In this document: positions 1 through 11,214 of the stretch, in pieces | Layout: each line of letters begins with the position of its first letter | How positions within the stretch are numbered: position 1 is the first letter of the stretch | DNA from: an uncultured delta proteobacterium | GTDB taxonomy: Bacteria > Desulfobacterota > Desulfomonilia > Desulfomonilales > Desulfomonilaceae | Assembly (NCBI GenBank): GCA_963789265.1 | Contig: CAWBKB010000007.1 | Location: 384,001 to 448,000 of the forward strand | Direction of reading: 5' to 3' | Length of the DNA: 64,000 nt | Position numbers and translations under genes: made by a program | Notes under the pieces: model-generated | Told to the model about the DNA's origin: nothing | The model's input: the letters and a program-made list of their open reading frames with translations, nothing else | Database searches by the model: none

Positions 1-364
1 GTTCCTTTTCCCCGTTGAGCTCCCTTGACAGGCGCTGACTCTACATGAAAGGATTCGATCTGGTCAGGAGCGAAATTTAGCGGCACTTTTTGAGTCGAGC
101 CACCCTTCTTTTTGATCACCAGATAGTTGTCGGCTTGGCTGATGATCGTGGTACAAAAGACTATCGCCAAGGCTACAACAATTATTTTTGGCAAAAGAGA
201 TCTCATCTGTTCACCTCACCCCCGCAAAAGGGGGATTCGGCATGACCGTTGATGCCGATCCGATACGAACTGAGATGCGCCAGGAGTCTTGCGTGAGGGA
301 ATTGCGGCACTCGGCTATCCGCTCCGGCGCCGCAACCGCCGCATCGTGATCTTTTGGCGGCATT

Positions 365-1177
365 TTAGTGCGCGATAAACTGTAGCTCATTAGGCGAGCC
401 GGCAAGCATCCGGTGGCCGGCAGCGGAATCTGTGCTTGATTGCCGACCGATTCTGCTTGATTTGACCAGGGAAGCCAATCCTTTGTTGTTCCTCTCAATC
501 CGCCTATGTTCTCTCGCTCTTCGAGAACGAGCAGTCTTATCTAAACTCTTCAAAGCCTTGCCTGTCAAGGGAATGGGAAAGTCTGTCAAGCGATTGTACA
601 CCCGCAGGACTTTTCGCACAAACCGGCCCGCGGCGTCTGAGCGATCGAGCTTGTGCACCGGGCCGGGCCCGATATTGTAAGCAGCTAGCGCCAGATAGGT
701 CGAATTGCGATAGTGTTTGTACCGCTCAAAACAGTGACGCAAGTATGCAGCACCGGCCATGATATTTTGATGCGGGTTCCAAGGGTCTGTTACTCCCAAA
801 ACCTTTAGCACTATGGGCCTCAGTTGCATGAGCCCCCGCGCGTCCCGGCAGGAAGCAGCCCTTGGCTTGAAACTCGATTCCACGTGAGCGACCGCGGCAA
901 TGAGGACAGGATCGATATTAAATTCGCGGCCTGCCAAAATGAATATCTTGGCATAGCCAGGATTGCCGCCGAGAGATGAGATCACTGCCTTGAGATTGTC
1001 CAACTCCTGGATGCTTATGCGGGCCGGTTTTCGCCCTGCACTTGCCAGTCGGCTAACAGCCGGCGGCTTGAGGCCCGGCATACAAATCTCCGGTCTGGCG
1101 ACAGCCGGATCGTAATCCACGGCCGTCAATATTCCCCCCAAAGATAGCATTAGCATGCCTTGGAGTATCATGTGCAA
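365..1177 (-). CDS. Soluble lytic transglycosylase (SLT domain) protein
   Basis: Motifs AVAHVESSF, ARGLMQL, NIMAGAAYL and ALAAYNIG typical of SLT domains; hydrophobic N-terminus; exact start uncertain. Confidence 0.85.
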   Translation of the reverse strand: MHMILQGMLMLSLGGILTAVDYDPAVARPEICMPGLKPPAVSRLASAGRKPARISIQELDNLKAVISSLGGNPGYAKIFILAGREFNIDPVLIAAVAHVESSFKPRAASCRDARGLMQLRPIVLKVLGVTDPWNPHQNIMAGAAYLRHCFERYKHYRNSTYLALAAYNIGPGPVHKLDRSDAAGRFVRKVLRVYNRLTDFPIPLTGKALKSLDKTARSRRAREHRRIERNNKGLASLVKSSRIGRQSSTDSAAGHRMLAGSPNELQFIAH

Positions 1178-2730
1178 TTACCCGATGCGATTGCCGCCGC
1201 AGGCGAAGGAGGTTCCGCTATTTCTATCGTAGGGTCGCCGGCTGCCCGGACCACCTGCTCCTCGGTCTCTTCCAAAGACTCTTCGTCGGGTTTCCAGGAT
1301 GATGGATATCTCTCCATAAATTTCACCTGAAACGGCAGAAATTTCAGCCTGCCAACATCCTTGGCCAGACGCCCCGAAGTCTCGAGCCCCACGAGTTCCC
1401 GCATACCTTCAGGGGTTACGGCCTCCGAGATTCCCTCCGCTGAAAAAAATCGTACGTTGAAAGCACACTGATTCAGGGGATTAAAGAGCCGCTCAGGGGC
1501 GACGATTCCTTTCAGATCGGGGAGTATCTTCTTCTCGAAGTCTCCTTTCGCTTCCACGTAAACCAGGCTTGAGCGGAATCTGTAGATGGCCATAAGTGAG
1601 CGAGCCTGGTCGAGAAAGCTCTTTCCGAAAAGGATTAGAGCTACGTTCAACATGATATCGACGATGAGGCTAAACAGATAGAGCCGGAAAAAGTCCTCGT
1701 AGCCTACGGAAAAGGTTGGGTATTGCATCAAGATGATCTGGAGAAATCCCACAAGGATCATTACCGAGCCTAGGGACAAGCTCATAAGGGCTCCCAACCG
1801 AGACGAAGTTCTCACATATTCGGGGAAACTTTCTATAAGCGTGCCGATCAGTGTCTCGCCATCTCCGCATGCAGCAGCCTTGGATCTGGAAATCCTGTTG
1901 GAAAAGCCCTTGTTGGCAAAAATTTTTGAGCCTTCTTCTAGAATGCTGAAAAACACACAGGGATGCCCTTTGCCCTCGACGATCATTGAATCCATTTCGC
2001 GGCTAGCTCCGGGTTTCTTTAAGGGTATGAGGCATAGAGCAACCGCGAGCTTCAGTGCGCAGACTACGAGCAGCAGATTGTAGAACGGCATGGGAGACGG
2101 TACCACATAACCTGTCCCGAGCCCGAGCCCCGATAGGTAAGGCGGCAATAGTTCGAATAGCTTGAAGAGATAGTGGATCACAATTGCCATGAAAAGGGCT
2201 TTCCAGACAAAGCGCACATTCCAACGTACGATCAATCCAGGGATCTCGGAAATGTACCTTGCGTTGGACCATACCCGGCCTATCAAGGAAAAAATGAACG
2301 AAGGGGGCCGATCGTACGAATGGAGTTTCCCGTCTTTTAGCCCAAGAGACACGTCCTCGGGGCAGTAGTAGTCCCCGGCCACCCGGAGTGCCGCCCTGAG
2401 ATGAGACATGTGCCTCAAGCCTCCGAACGTCCAGTTCAGACCGACTATCAATCCAGCCAGTGCGGCCACTGTGGTGATAAAAGTCCCCAGGATGAAGGGC
2501 ACATAATTGAGAATGAACTCGTTTACCTGGTCAGGAAGCCTGAGTGGGAAGAATTCGCGTAATTCGTAGAGGCGCGTCACAGACCCTAGAGTTACGAAGA
2601 TTCCGAGAACCACAAGGATGATCCCGTAGAGGAGAGTGTGGTTGGGAAGTTTTACTGTACCGCCTGAGCGTCCTGTGAATATCGAAGCCATACATAACCC
2701 CGAATAACGTTCTCGGCAGAGCAATACCAC
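1168..2730 (-). CDS. Hypothetical multi-pass membrane protein
   Basis: 520-aa ORF with about 6 hydrophobic segments, abutting the SLT gene; no family recognised; start uncertain. Confidence 0.7.
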   Translation of the reverse strand: MVLLCRERYSGLCMASIFTGRSGGTVKLPNHTLLYGIILVVLGIFVTLGSVTRLYELREFFPLRLPDQVNEFILNYVPFILGTFITTVAALAGLIVGLNWTFGGLRHMSHLRAALRVAGDYYCPEDVSLGLKDGKLHSYDRPPSFIFSLIGRVWSNARYISEIPGLIVRWNVRFVWKALFMAIVIHYLFKLFELLPPYLSGLGLGTGYVVPSPMPFYNLLLVVCALKLAVALCLIPLKKPGASREMDSMIVEGKGHPCVFFSILEEGSKIFANKGFSNRISRSKAAACGDGETLIGTLIESFPEYVRTSSRLGALMSLSLGSVMILVGFLQIILMQYPTFSVGYEDFFRLYLFSLIVDIMLNVALILFGKSFLDQARSLMAIYRFRSSLVYVEAKGDFEKKILPDLKGIVAPERLFNPLNQCAFNVRFFSAEGISEAVTPEGMRELVGLETSGRLAKDVGRLKFLPFQVKFMERYPSSWKPDEESLEETEEQVVRAAGDPTIEIAEPPSPAAAIASGNCT

Positions 2731-2869
2731 ACCACATATCTACTGTCAATTGAATTCGTTATATGATTTATCGTATGTTATAATTTATATAATTATCTCA
2801 ACATCGAAATATGTCTTGATGAATACTATAAGACAGGCTGGGAGCATGAAGTGACGAAGCAGGGGCTGA

Positions 2870-3032
2870 GTGACCATTCACTTATTCGGGGGATCTTCTG
2901 CACCTTATCATCGCGAGGGGTGCATGGTGGGGCAGGCTTTCCAGCCTGCCGGAGAAACCCCTGTACAATGGCGGGCTAGAAAGCCCACCCCACGAAGCCA
3001 GCCGCAAATTCCGGCTGTAACTGAATGCTTAC
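2870..3032. mobile_element. Short element bounded by about 15-bp inverted termini (GTAAGCATTCAGTTA type), carrying a REP doublet
   Basis: Left end GTGACCATTCACTTA, right end TAACTGAATGCTTAC; internal 2927-3027 is nearly identical to 45489-45600. Confidence 0.55.
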
Positions 3033-3136
3033 TGCCCTGAACCGTTTTCGATTGACAACCCGTCTCGAGTGGACTATTAGCGGAGCCATCATCATTGAGG
3101 ACTCGGAACAAATAATTAAGATCAGGAGAGGAGAGA

Positions 3137-3301
3137 ATGCGAACCACGGATGTGTCCGGTGCGAAAACCCGAAGGCAACCCTACAGGCCGCTTCAGGAAG
3201 ATCCGCGATATGACGAAATCAAGAAGATGATAGACGACTTCCCCGCGGAAAAGATGGAAAAGTTGAAAACATACATCGAGCGCTGGCTGCGCCACGCTTA
3301 A
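3137..3301 (+). CDS. Small 54-aa hypothetical protein (not in ORF track)
   Basis: AGGAGAGGAG RBS directly before ATG; reads MRTTDVSGAKTRRQPYRPLQEDPRYDEIKKMIDDFPAEKMEKLKTYIERWLRHA. Confidence 0.6.
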   Translation: MRTTDVSGAKTRRQPYRPLQEDPRYDEIKKMIDDFPAEKMEKLKTYIERWLRHA

Positions 3302-3375
3302 GTCCGGATAGACTATTTTTGCTAACAAGGGCCAGGTCAGACGATCCGGCCCTTTCTAACTGCCATCCGCGGATA

Positions 3376-4954
3376 CTATTCCCATTCGATCGTGCTGGGG
3401 GGTTTGGACGAGATGTCATACACCACTCGGTTGATCCCCCGCACCTCATTGATTATACGATTTGAAATCACTGCTAGAGTTTCATGAGGCAGCGGGTACC
3501 AGTCGGCAGTCATCCCGTCCGTTGCTTCCACGGCCCGGAGCGCGGCCACATGTTCGTACGTGCGCTCGTCGCCCATGACTCCCACCGACTTGACCGGAAG
3601 CAGCACGACAAATGCCTGCCAGATACTTCTATACAAACCGGCCCTCCGGATCTCTTCCATAGCTATGGAGTCCGCCTCTTGCAACAATGCCACGCGATCC
3701 GGCGTGACTTCTCCAAGGATTCGCACGGCCAGACCCGGGCCCGGGAACGGATGTCGCCACAGGATTGCGTCCGGAACCCCCAGCCGTGCACCCAGCTCAC
3801 GCACCTCATCTTTGAAGAGTTCCCGAAGAGGTTCGATAAGCTCCAAACGCATTTTCTGAGGTAGCCCACCCACATTATGATGGCTTTTGATAGTGGCTGA
3901 AGGGCCGCCCTTGAACGAGACGCTTTCTATGACGTCAGGATAAAGAGTTCCCTGGGCCAGGAATTCGACATTGGGAAACCTGGCTGCCTCGGATTCAAAG
4001 ACTCTTATGAATTCTTCGCCAATAATCTTCCGCTTTTGCTCGGGATCCGTAACTCCGCTGAGCCTGGTCAAGAACCTATCGGCTGCATCCACATAATCCA
4101 GTTCAATGCCAAGTTGGTCCCGGAATATGCCGAGAACCTCCCCGGTCTCTCCTTTTCTCAAGAGGCCGTTATTCACGAAGATCGGATGAAGGCAATCTCC
4201 GATAGCCTGGTGGAGAAGAGTCACCATTACTGACGAGTCCACGCCCCCGGACAAGGCAGCAACTACATGAGCTTTGCCGACTCGCCTCTTCACTTCCGCC
4301 ACGGCTGTCTCTACGAAGGAGGCCATGGTCCAGTTGGGTTCAAGCTTTGCAATCTTGTACAGGAAGTTTTTGAGTACGATTGCTCCTTCAGGGGTGTGGA
4401 CTACTTCAGGATGGAATTGGACGCCACTGATACGGCAGTCCTGGCTCTCAAACGAAGCAAACGCCGTATCCTCCGTGCTTGAGGTGACTTTAAAGCTTCG
4501 CGGAAGCTCGATAACCTTGTCTCCGTGGCTCGATCCACACCTGAGCGCCGGCTGAGATACCCTGAAGCAGAATCGAGTCATCCCGTACGTAACTCAACGT
4601 GGCCCGCCCGTATTCCCTGTCCTGGGCTGGTTGCACCCTTCCCCCCATGGTGTGGGCAATACCCTGTAGCCCGTAGCAAATTCCGAGGACAGGTAGCCCC
4701 AATTCGAGAATTTCTCGGTCGAGTTGAGGCGCATCGTCATCGTAAATGCTTGCAGGACCACCGGAGAGAATGATGGCAGCCGGCCTCTTTTGGCGAACAG
4801 CCTCCATGCCCCGGCTAAAAGGTTGTATCTCGCAGTATACTCCGGCCTCTCGAATGCGCCGGGCTATAAGCTGCGTATATTGAGACCCGAAATCGAGAAC
4901 AAGAACGTAAGACGTTATGAGCAACTCGTGACCCCCATTTAGGCTCCTCATCAT
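3376..4954 (-). CDS. guaA: GMP synthase (glutamine-hydrolysing); one apparent frameshift near 4532
   Basis: [52 protein letters not shown]; removing one base restores VWMSHGD. Confidence 0.95.
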
Positions 4955-5205
4955 GAAGATAGATATTATTCCTTATCCGTGGAAGGTTGTTTTGTCAAAG
5001 GCTTGGACGAAGTTTTGACGGGATCGGGGTCTCGGACCCTCTTTATGACCGCTACGTCAGTCTTCGTCCAATCTGTACCGGGGATGAACAGATGTGCGGG
5101 TGTCTCTGGCCGCCTGCGGCACAAGTACTCCGGTGCCCAAATTAGACCTTGAATTCTGGTTCCATTGCCGTCATTCCCGGGTGCGCGGGCCCGCGAACGC
5201 GAGGT

Positions 5206-5282
5206 TCCCCCTTCCGTAAAGGGGGGTTAGAGGGATTTTGGTATAAGCCCCTGAAAATCCACTTAAATCCCCCTTTAGGGGA
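5206..5282. repeat. Palindromic CCCCCTT..AAAGGGGG repeat doublet
   Basis: TCCCCCTTCCGTAAAGGGGGG...AAATCCCCCTTTAGGGG; related copy at 30290-30370. Confidence 0.6.
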
Positions 5283-5446
5283 CTTTGACGGCCCGTGGGC
5301 TCTATTCACATATAACATACTCGCGTTAAGTTAGCGCCTATGGGATCGGCGTCCGGGCCGACCGTATTGGATGGGTTGCAAACACACAACATTGCCCGAA
5401 ATAAGACACCGAATTTGAAAAATCGAGTAGTAATTGTGCGGCCCAC

Positions 5447-5483
5447 AAAAAAGAGAGATCGGGCATTTGACTCGATCTCTCTT
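5447..5483 (-). terminator. Intrinsic terminator downstream of the 5514-5993 gene
   Basis: GAGAGATCG/CGATCTCTC stem followed by a T-run on the minus strand. Confidence 0.7.
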
Positions 5484-5513
5484 CCGGAATATATCCCGGT
5501 TATAGATTCTCTC

Positions 5514-5993
5514 TTACTGAACTTGCTGTTTCTTGATCACTTCATACTTCAGGCCGCTGGTTACACACGGGTTGCAGCCAGGGGACGCTATCGAGTATTT
5601 CTCGATATTGCTCACCAGATGGCCGCCAGGCATAACAGGAGGAGGAGCACCCCAGGCTACAGGACCGCCGTAGGGGGGCGCAACGCATTTGGGAGGGATG
5701 ACCTGGACCTTCATGGTGCATCTGGTGCCCTTCCATACGCCCCAGGGCCTGAAACCGCCCGGAGCCGTGTACTGCTCACAATCGCACAGCAACAGCGTGC
5801 TATCCCCACCGATTGTGCCTGAAGTCGCCCTAGAGTAGGCCGTTTTCACTTTCATGGGGATCATTATCATGTCCCCAGAGACAGCACAGCCGCCACCCGC
5901 CATGGCAGGCATCCAAGCGCTAGCTACTCCCACCGCAGTGATGATCAGGGCCATAGCGCTGAGAACAACAATCATCTTCTTGACCATACCCAA
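5514..5993 (-). CDS. Secreted Cys/Pro/Gly-rich hypothetical protein
   Basis: AAGGAGG RBS, signal peptide (KKMIVVLSAMALIITAVGVASA), terminator downstream. Confidence 0.75.
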   Translation of the reverse strand: MGMVKKMIVVLSAMALIITAVGVASAWMPAMAGGGCAVSGDMIMIPMKVKTAYSRATSGTIGGDSTLLLCDCEQYTAPGGFRPWGVWKGTRCTMKVQVIPPKCVAPPYGGPVAWGAPPPVMPGGHLVSNIEKYSIASPGCNPCVTSGLKYEVIKKQQVQ

Positions 5994-6484
5994 TCCTCCT
6001 TTTATTAGGCCCCGCCAACCAGTCCACGGGGAGCCGAATTTGGAATTATAGACAAATCAAACCTATTGCCAATGTGATTATCAGAACCGTCGCAGGAAGT
6101 CAAGACATTTTTTCCCGAGAAAGCCTGATGTCGCCTCGAAATCATGTACGACCATACCAGAAAGAAATCTAAATTCAAACTTTTTTTTCAACGGCACCTA
6201 CTCGCGCACCTATTTAACGAATACACGCCTATCACCTCCGACACTGTAACTTGAAGCCATTGCCAAGAATAATATCGTCTTGGACGCTTGTTGTACGGAG
6301 TCCGAGTCGAATAGGATAACGGAATTTTTTTGCCCTCATTCCCATTCACGATGTCCCGCGAGTCCGGGGGGACCCTTTGTAAAGCGGCGCGAGCCGGGCA
6401 ACAATTTCGGCAGTTTTTATCATTTACCGCTTGATCCGGCACCAGCACCCCCGCAGAAACAACGTTGATCGGTTGAAGCTTTTG

Positions 6485-7757
6485 TCAAATATCCGAAGCG
6501 TATTCCCTCGGATCGGCGAGGCAACCTGCCACCGCCGTAGCGGCCGCCACCGCCGGAGATGCAAGAATGACCTCGCTTTCCGGATGCCCCATGCGGCCCA
6601 CAAAATTCCTGTTCGTGGTAGAGACTGCGCGTTCCCCTTTGGCCAGGATCCCCATATAGCCGCCGAGGCAAGGTCCACAAGTAGGGGTAGACACGGCTCC
6701 TCCCGCGGACAAAATTTCTTCGACAAGCCCTTCGGCCACCGCCTCCAGCATGATCTTAGGCGTCGCGGGGATGACGATAAGCCTCACACCCTTCGCAACC
6801 TTCCTTCCTTTCAATATGGAAGCCGCTGTACCGAAGATCTTCTATTCTGCCGTTGGTGCAGGACCCGATCACTACTTGTTCCACTTTCATCCCTTTGACT
6901 TCCGATATACGTCGCGCATTCTCGGGTAGAAACGGGAGGGCCACGGTCGGTTCGAGAGATGAGAGATCTATCCGAAGAGTCTCCGTAAAAGCCGCGTCAG
7001 GATCAGATTCATAAACCGCGTATGGCCTGCGGGTGCGGCCATCTGCATACGCCCGCGTCTCATCATCAAATGAGAAGATGCCATTCTTTGCGCCTGCCTC
7101 AATGGCCATGTTCGATATAGTGAATCTGTCTGACATGCCCAAATGACGGACCCCATCGCCCACGAACTCCATGGCCTTATAAAGAGCCCCATCCACACCG
7201 ATCTCACCAATTATGGAAAGGATCACGTCCTTGCCCCCCACCCAAGGGCCGGGCTTTCCCGTCAGCACAAAGCGCATTGTCTCAGGCACTTTGAACCAGC
7301 AGTTTCCCGTGATCATGGCTGCGGCAAAGTCTGTGCTTCCTACTCCCGTTGAGAAGGCTGCCAGAGCACCATACGTGCACGTGTGGCTGTCCGCTCCGAT
7401 TATGAGGTCTCCCGGTCCGACTAATCCCTGCTCCGGCAGCAGTGCATGTTCAATCCCCATTTCCCCGACGTCATAAAGATGGATCAGGCCGACTTCTCGG
7501 GCGAACTTTCTGGCCAGGCTAAGCATCTCGGCGGAAGCAATGTCTTTGGCCGGGTTGAAGTGATCCAGCACCACTATCACGCGCTCCGGATCAAAGACAC
7601 GAGTACCCCCCGCATCCCTAAAGGGGCCTATGGCGAGAGGAATCGTAATGTCATTGGCCAACGCGATGTCCACGCGTGCTTGGATGAGTTCTCCAGGCTG
7701 CACGACCTCGTTTCCGGTGTGAGCAGCCAAGATCTTCTCGGTCATAGTCATTCCCAT
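6485..7757 (-). CDS. leuC: 3-isopropylmalate dehydratase/homoaconitase large subunit; frameshift near 6831
   Basis: [49 protein letters not shown], split across two frames. Confidence 0.9.
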
Positions 7758-8074
7758 TTACGAAAGCTCCTTCTCATACAGTTCATATCCGGTGTGCAAG
7801 GTCATGTAGGCTTACTGGACCGGCAAAGAATTGCCCCCGTTGTCAGGCCGCTCTCTCCAGCCAATGGAGTTCGAATTTATATCTTTCAAAGCATCCCATT
7901 CTCCCGGTCTGGCCTTCAAAAAGGCGAATCGACATCCCTTTCACAGAAAAAATCGGAAGCAACGCGGAGACCTCACGATAACTGCTCCGATAATTCGCCT
8001 CGGCGCATCCACGTAACACATTACGTTTTTTTCTCGGGTCCGTCTATCTCAGCGAGAGCCGACTTCTGAGACAA

Positions 8075-8965
8075 TCACGACGCGTGATATCCGGGCCGCT
8101 CATTGAAGTAGGCCTCCAGTGCCTCCTCCCAGCGCCTCAATCGCGAGCCTGTCAGTTCTATAAACCTGGAATTGTCCAGAACTGAATAGGCCGGCCTGGG
8201 CGCGGGCCTGTCCAGTTCTTGGCTACTCATGGCCTCCACGTGGACGGTTGTGATTCCGGCAAGCTCAAGAATCCTGCGAGCAAATTCGTACCACGTCGTC
8301 TCGCCCGAATTGGTGACGTGGAAAGTCCCTCGCGCGGATAAGCCACACAGGCCGATGAGCGAGGCTGCGAAATCCGGCGCGTAAGTGGGGCAACCTTTCT
8401 GATCGCCTACCACCCTGAGCACATCTCTCTTCTGCGCCTGTGAAAGTATTGCCTCCACGAAGTTCTTCCCATGCAGTCCGAACAGCCATTGAGTTCGGAC
8501 GATACAATGCCTGTCCGGAAGTAACTCCCTGATGCTGCGTTCGCCTTCAGCCTTGGATCTGCCATATACCCCTAGAGGATTTATCGGGTCTTCTTCCAGG
8601 TAAGGTGATCGCTTGTTTCCGTCAAACACATAATCAGTACTTATGTGCACGAGGAAAGATCCGGTAGCGAGCGAAGCTTTGGCGAGATTTTCAGGACCTT
8701 GAGCGTTGGCGCTGAAAGCTTCTTCCGGCCTTGATTCACACCCGTCCACATCGGTATAAGCGGCTACATTGATCACCACGCTCGGCCGATGCGTTTCAAG
8801 CGCGTCCATTACTGAATCCGCTGCACGAATATCCAACTCATCCAGGTCCAATGCCACAGTCTTTATGCCACGTTCCAGCAGCAACCTCACCAGGTCTGTG
8901 CCAAGCATACCCTTGGAGCCTATCACGAGGTAAGGTTCCTGAAATTTCACCATAACCGCCTCCAC
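8075..8965 (-). CDS. rfbD: dTDP-4-dehydrorhamnose reductase
   Basis: GSKGMLG, AAYTDVDGCE, ISTDYVFDG, YGRSK, RPAPRPAYSVLD. Confidence 0.93.
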   Translation of the reverse strand: MEAVMVKFQEPYLVIGSKGMLGTDLVRLLLERGIKTVALDLDELDIRAADSVMDALETHRPSVVINVAAYTDVDGCESRPEEAFSANAQGPENLAKASLATGSFLVHISTDYVFDGNKRSPYLEEDPINPLGVYGRSKAEGERSIRELLPDRHCIVRTQWLFGLHGKNFVEAILSQAQKRDVLRVVGDQKGCPTYAPDFAASLIGLCGLSARGTFHVTNSGETTWYEFARRILELAGITTVHVEAMSSQELDRPAPRPAYSVLDNSRFIELTGSRLRRWEEALEAYFNERPGYHAS

Positions 8966-9142
8966 AATTATCTTAGCAGTTGAACTTGCAAGTGTTTTTC
9001 AATATGATGACCGGAAATCACTTCCATTGGCAAACCCCTGTCATTTTCGCAGGTTGTAGGATGGCAGGCCGTGCGCCTCGAACTTTCGGCCTTCAATCAT
9101 ACTGTTTATGACACTCATCTGCATCGGAGCGCAAGAATCGTG

Positions 9143-10363
9143 ATGAAAATGGTTCTTAGGTACGCACGGAAACAGGACCTTTCCGCAATTAAGAAGATCC
9201 TCAAACCCTGGATCGACCATGACCCGAGGATCCTTGAACTCCTGGAAACCTTACCCTTTATGGGTGAGCAAAGCACGATCAGTTGCAGAATACTCGAGAC
9301 AGACAAGTCCATTCGCTGTGTGTCACTCTGGTCGCAAGAAGAACCGAAGGAGGCACGTCTGCTGGCCCTTGGACTAGGTCCGGGAACGTCCGACCTCGGC
9401 TGGGATAGAAGGTTCCTGCGGGAAGAAATCCTGGCGTGGTCTGAAGTTGGGGTAGCGAAGGCAACAGTGCGTCTTCCCGAGTCTCTTGCCGGTTCACTCA
9501 TCGGCTGCCTGAAGAGCTGCGGATTCATGCTGGAAGGCATTTCTTCCTGTTGCAGTGTTGATGACAAGCCTCAGATATGCTTGTGCAAGCATTTCCTCTA
9601 CCGGGTCATCCCGAATTCTCAAGTCATGGACTTTTTACGGGATTTCTTGCTCTCTCTTGGGTACGAGGTGAGAGAGGAACCCGAGGGCCTTGTATACCGG
9701 ATTAAACCCCAGTACCACCTCCCCTTTATTTTCAGTTCCTGGCATCGCATCACGAAGAGCGGCCCGGACATAATCGTTCACCCTCCAGCGCGGGTGCTTG
9801 AAACTCACGAGTTGGAGACCCTCTTTTATCCTTTAAGGATCCACGCCCGGCACGAACAACCTCTGCTGCTGCCGATGGAGAAAAAAAGGGCCTTACATCT
9901 GATCGACCTTCCTCAGTCGGACTCCAGGCAAAACAGCCTCTTCGATTCCGGTCCCGTTCGCCGGGACAGGCCGGTCCACGCAAGCAATCTCACGTACGGT
10001 TACCCTACGGGGGTTCGGGGGATTCGCAAGGGTCTTCCACTGCTATTCTATATTAATAAAGTCGGTGTGGTCGGGTCGGGCCGGGTAGATGACTGGTACT
10101 TGGACGAGCCCAAAAACCTTTACAACAATATTGATGAAATGGGTTATTTCGATCCTGAAGACGTCAAAGAACAGGCCGCCACTTCCGGATCGAAAATGGG
10201 CAAGGTCCTGGTAATCCGCTTCCACTGGTACAAGCCCCTGAAACGATCCGTCACGCTGGAAGAAATTCGAAGAATGGATGAGAGTTTCAACCCCCAGCGC
10301 GCACGTACCTTGTCGGTGGGGCTTTTTGATTCGATAGTCTCTGCCGGAAACAGGGAGAATTGA
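9143..10363 (+). CDS. Degenerate GNAT-fold protein with a C-terminal EVE/PUA-like domain (tentative)
   Basis: N-terminal LRYARKQDLSAI...CGFMLEG GNAT-like pattern; C-terminal GIRKGLPLLFY..VVGSGRV..KRSVTLEEIR EVE-like pattern. Confidence 0.55.
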   Translation: MKMVLRYARKQDLSAIKKILKPWIDHDPRILELLETLPFMGEQSTISCRILETDKSIRCVSLWSQEEPKEARLLALGLGPGTSDLGWDRRFLREEILAWSEVGVAKATVRLPESLAGSLIGCLKSCGFMLEGISSCCSVDDKPQICLCKHFLYRVIPNSQVMDFLRDFLLSLGYEVREEPEGLVYRIKPQYHLPFIFSSWHRITKSGPDIIVHPPARVLETHELETLFYPLRIHARHEQPLLLPMEKKRALHLIDLPQSDSRQNSLFDSGPVRRDRPVHASNLTYGYPTGVRGIRKGLPLLFYINKVGVVGSGRVDDWYLDEPKNLYNNIDEMGYFDPEDVKEQAATSGSKMGKVLVIRFHWYKPLKRSVTLEEIRRMDESFNPQRARTLSVGLFDSIVSAGNREN

Positions 10364-10395
10364 TGCCGGCGGACACTCCCACGCGCAGCCATGTC

Positions 10396-10921
10396 ATGAC
10401 TTATGAATACAAAGGAATAAGGCCCAAAATAGGCCGTAACGTGTTCCTGGCCCCCGGTGTTGTGGTGCTGGGAGACGTCGAGATAGGAGACGGAAGCAAC
10501 ATCTGGTTTTACACGGTGGCGCGGGGGGACAGTCACAGCATAAGGATCGGGCGGAACGCCAACATCCAGGATCATTGCATGTTGCACGTCACTCGCGGAC
10601 GCTTTCCTCTCATAATAGGGGACGGGGTTGTCGTCGGCCACCGGGCAGTACCTGCACGGCTGCACCGTCCATAACAACGCGCTGATCGGTATAGGCGCGC
10701 TGGTGCTTGATGGGGCCGTAGTGGAAAAAGGGGCGATCATTACAGCAGGCTCGGTAGTCACTCCGGGGAGCACCATATCATTCAACCATGTAGCAGTCGG
10801 CATCCCTGCGCGCATTACCAGGGAAGTGACGGATGAGGAAAAGGCATTCCACCGGCAAAGTCTCTTGAATTACTACGAATATGGCCAAGTCTTCGACGAG
10901 CGGGTGCGACGATTACCATAG
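10396..10921 (+). CDS. Gamma carbonic anhydrase family protein; frameshift near 10651
   Basis: VLGDVEIG, RGD, NIQDHCMLH, GHRAV(L)HGC hexapeptide repeats across two frames. Confidence 0.9.
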
Positions 10922-11040
10922 GTCCGGCTCCACAATTGCTGCCGGCGCACGCGGGCATCCGGTAGGGCGGCCCGTGGCCGCTGGCCCGGGCTACGCCACT
11001 GACATGACACCGCGTTTTCGGTAGGGGCCGGTTTGAAACC

Positions 11041-11214
11041 CAATGCTGTTGACTTAAGCCGCATGCCTCTTGTCCAGGAGCTTTTCCTTCGACGGGCCTT
11101 CACCTCGTCATTCCGGCGGAGGCCGGAATCCAGGTTTTCCTAATCTCCCCTGGACCCCGGCCTTCGCCGGGGTGACGGTGGGGTAGACGGAGGTCCCTTA
11201 AGTCAACAGCATTG
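11041..11214. mobile_element. 174-bp MITE-like element with perfect 18-bp TIRs and an 11-bp flanking direct repeat
   Basis: CAATGCTGTTGACTTAAG ... CTTAAGTCAACAGCATTG; GGTTTGAAACC on both sides (11030-11040, 11215-11225). Confidence 0.75.

Noticed and set aside
3376..4954. guaA (likewise purB, leuC, hcrA, hcrC) as pseudogenes or programmed frameshifts
   Set aside because: Single isolated indels without slippery sites or other decay; sequencing error is more parsimonious.
6188..6480. leuD downstream of leuC
   Set aside because: No LeuD motifs in the frames examined; the small subunit is presumably elsewhere.
7446..8069. 207-aa plus-strand ORF and other long antisense ORFs (e.g. 22364-23080, 43864-44625)
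   Set aside because: Shadows of well-supported genes on the opposite strand in GC-rich DNA.
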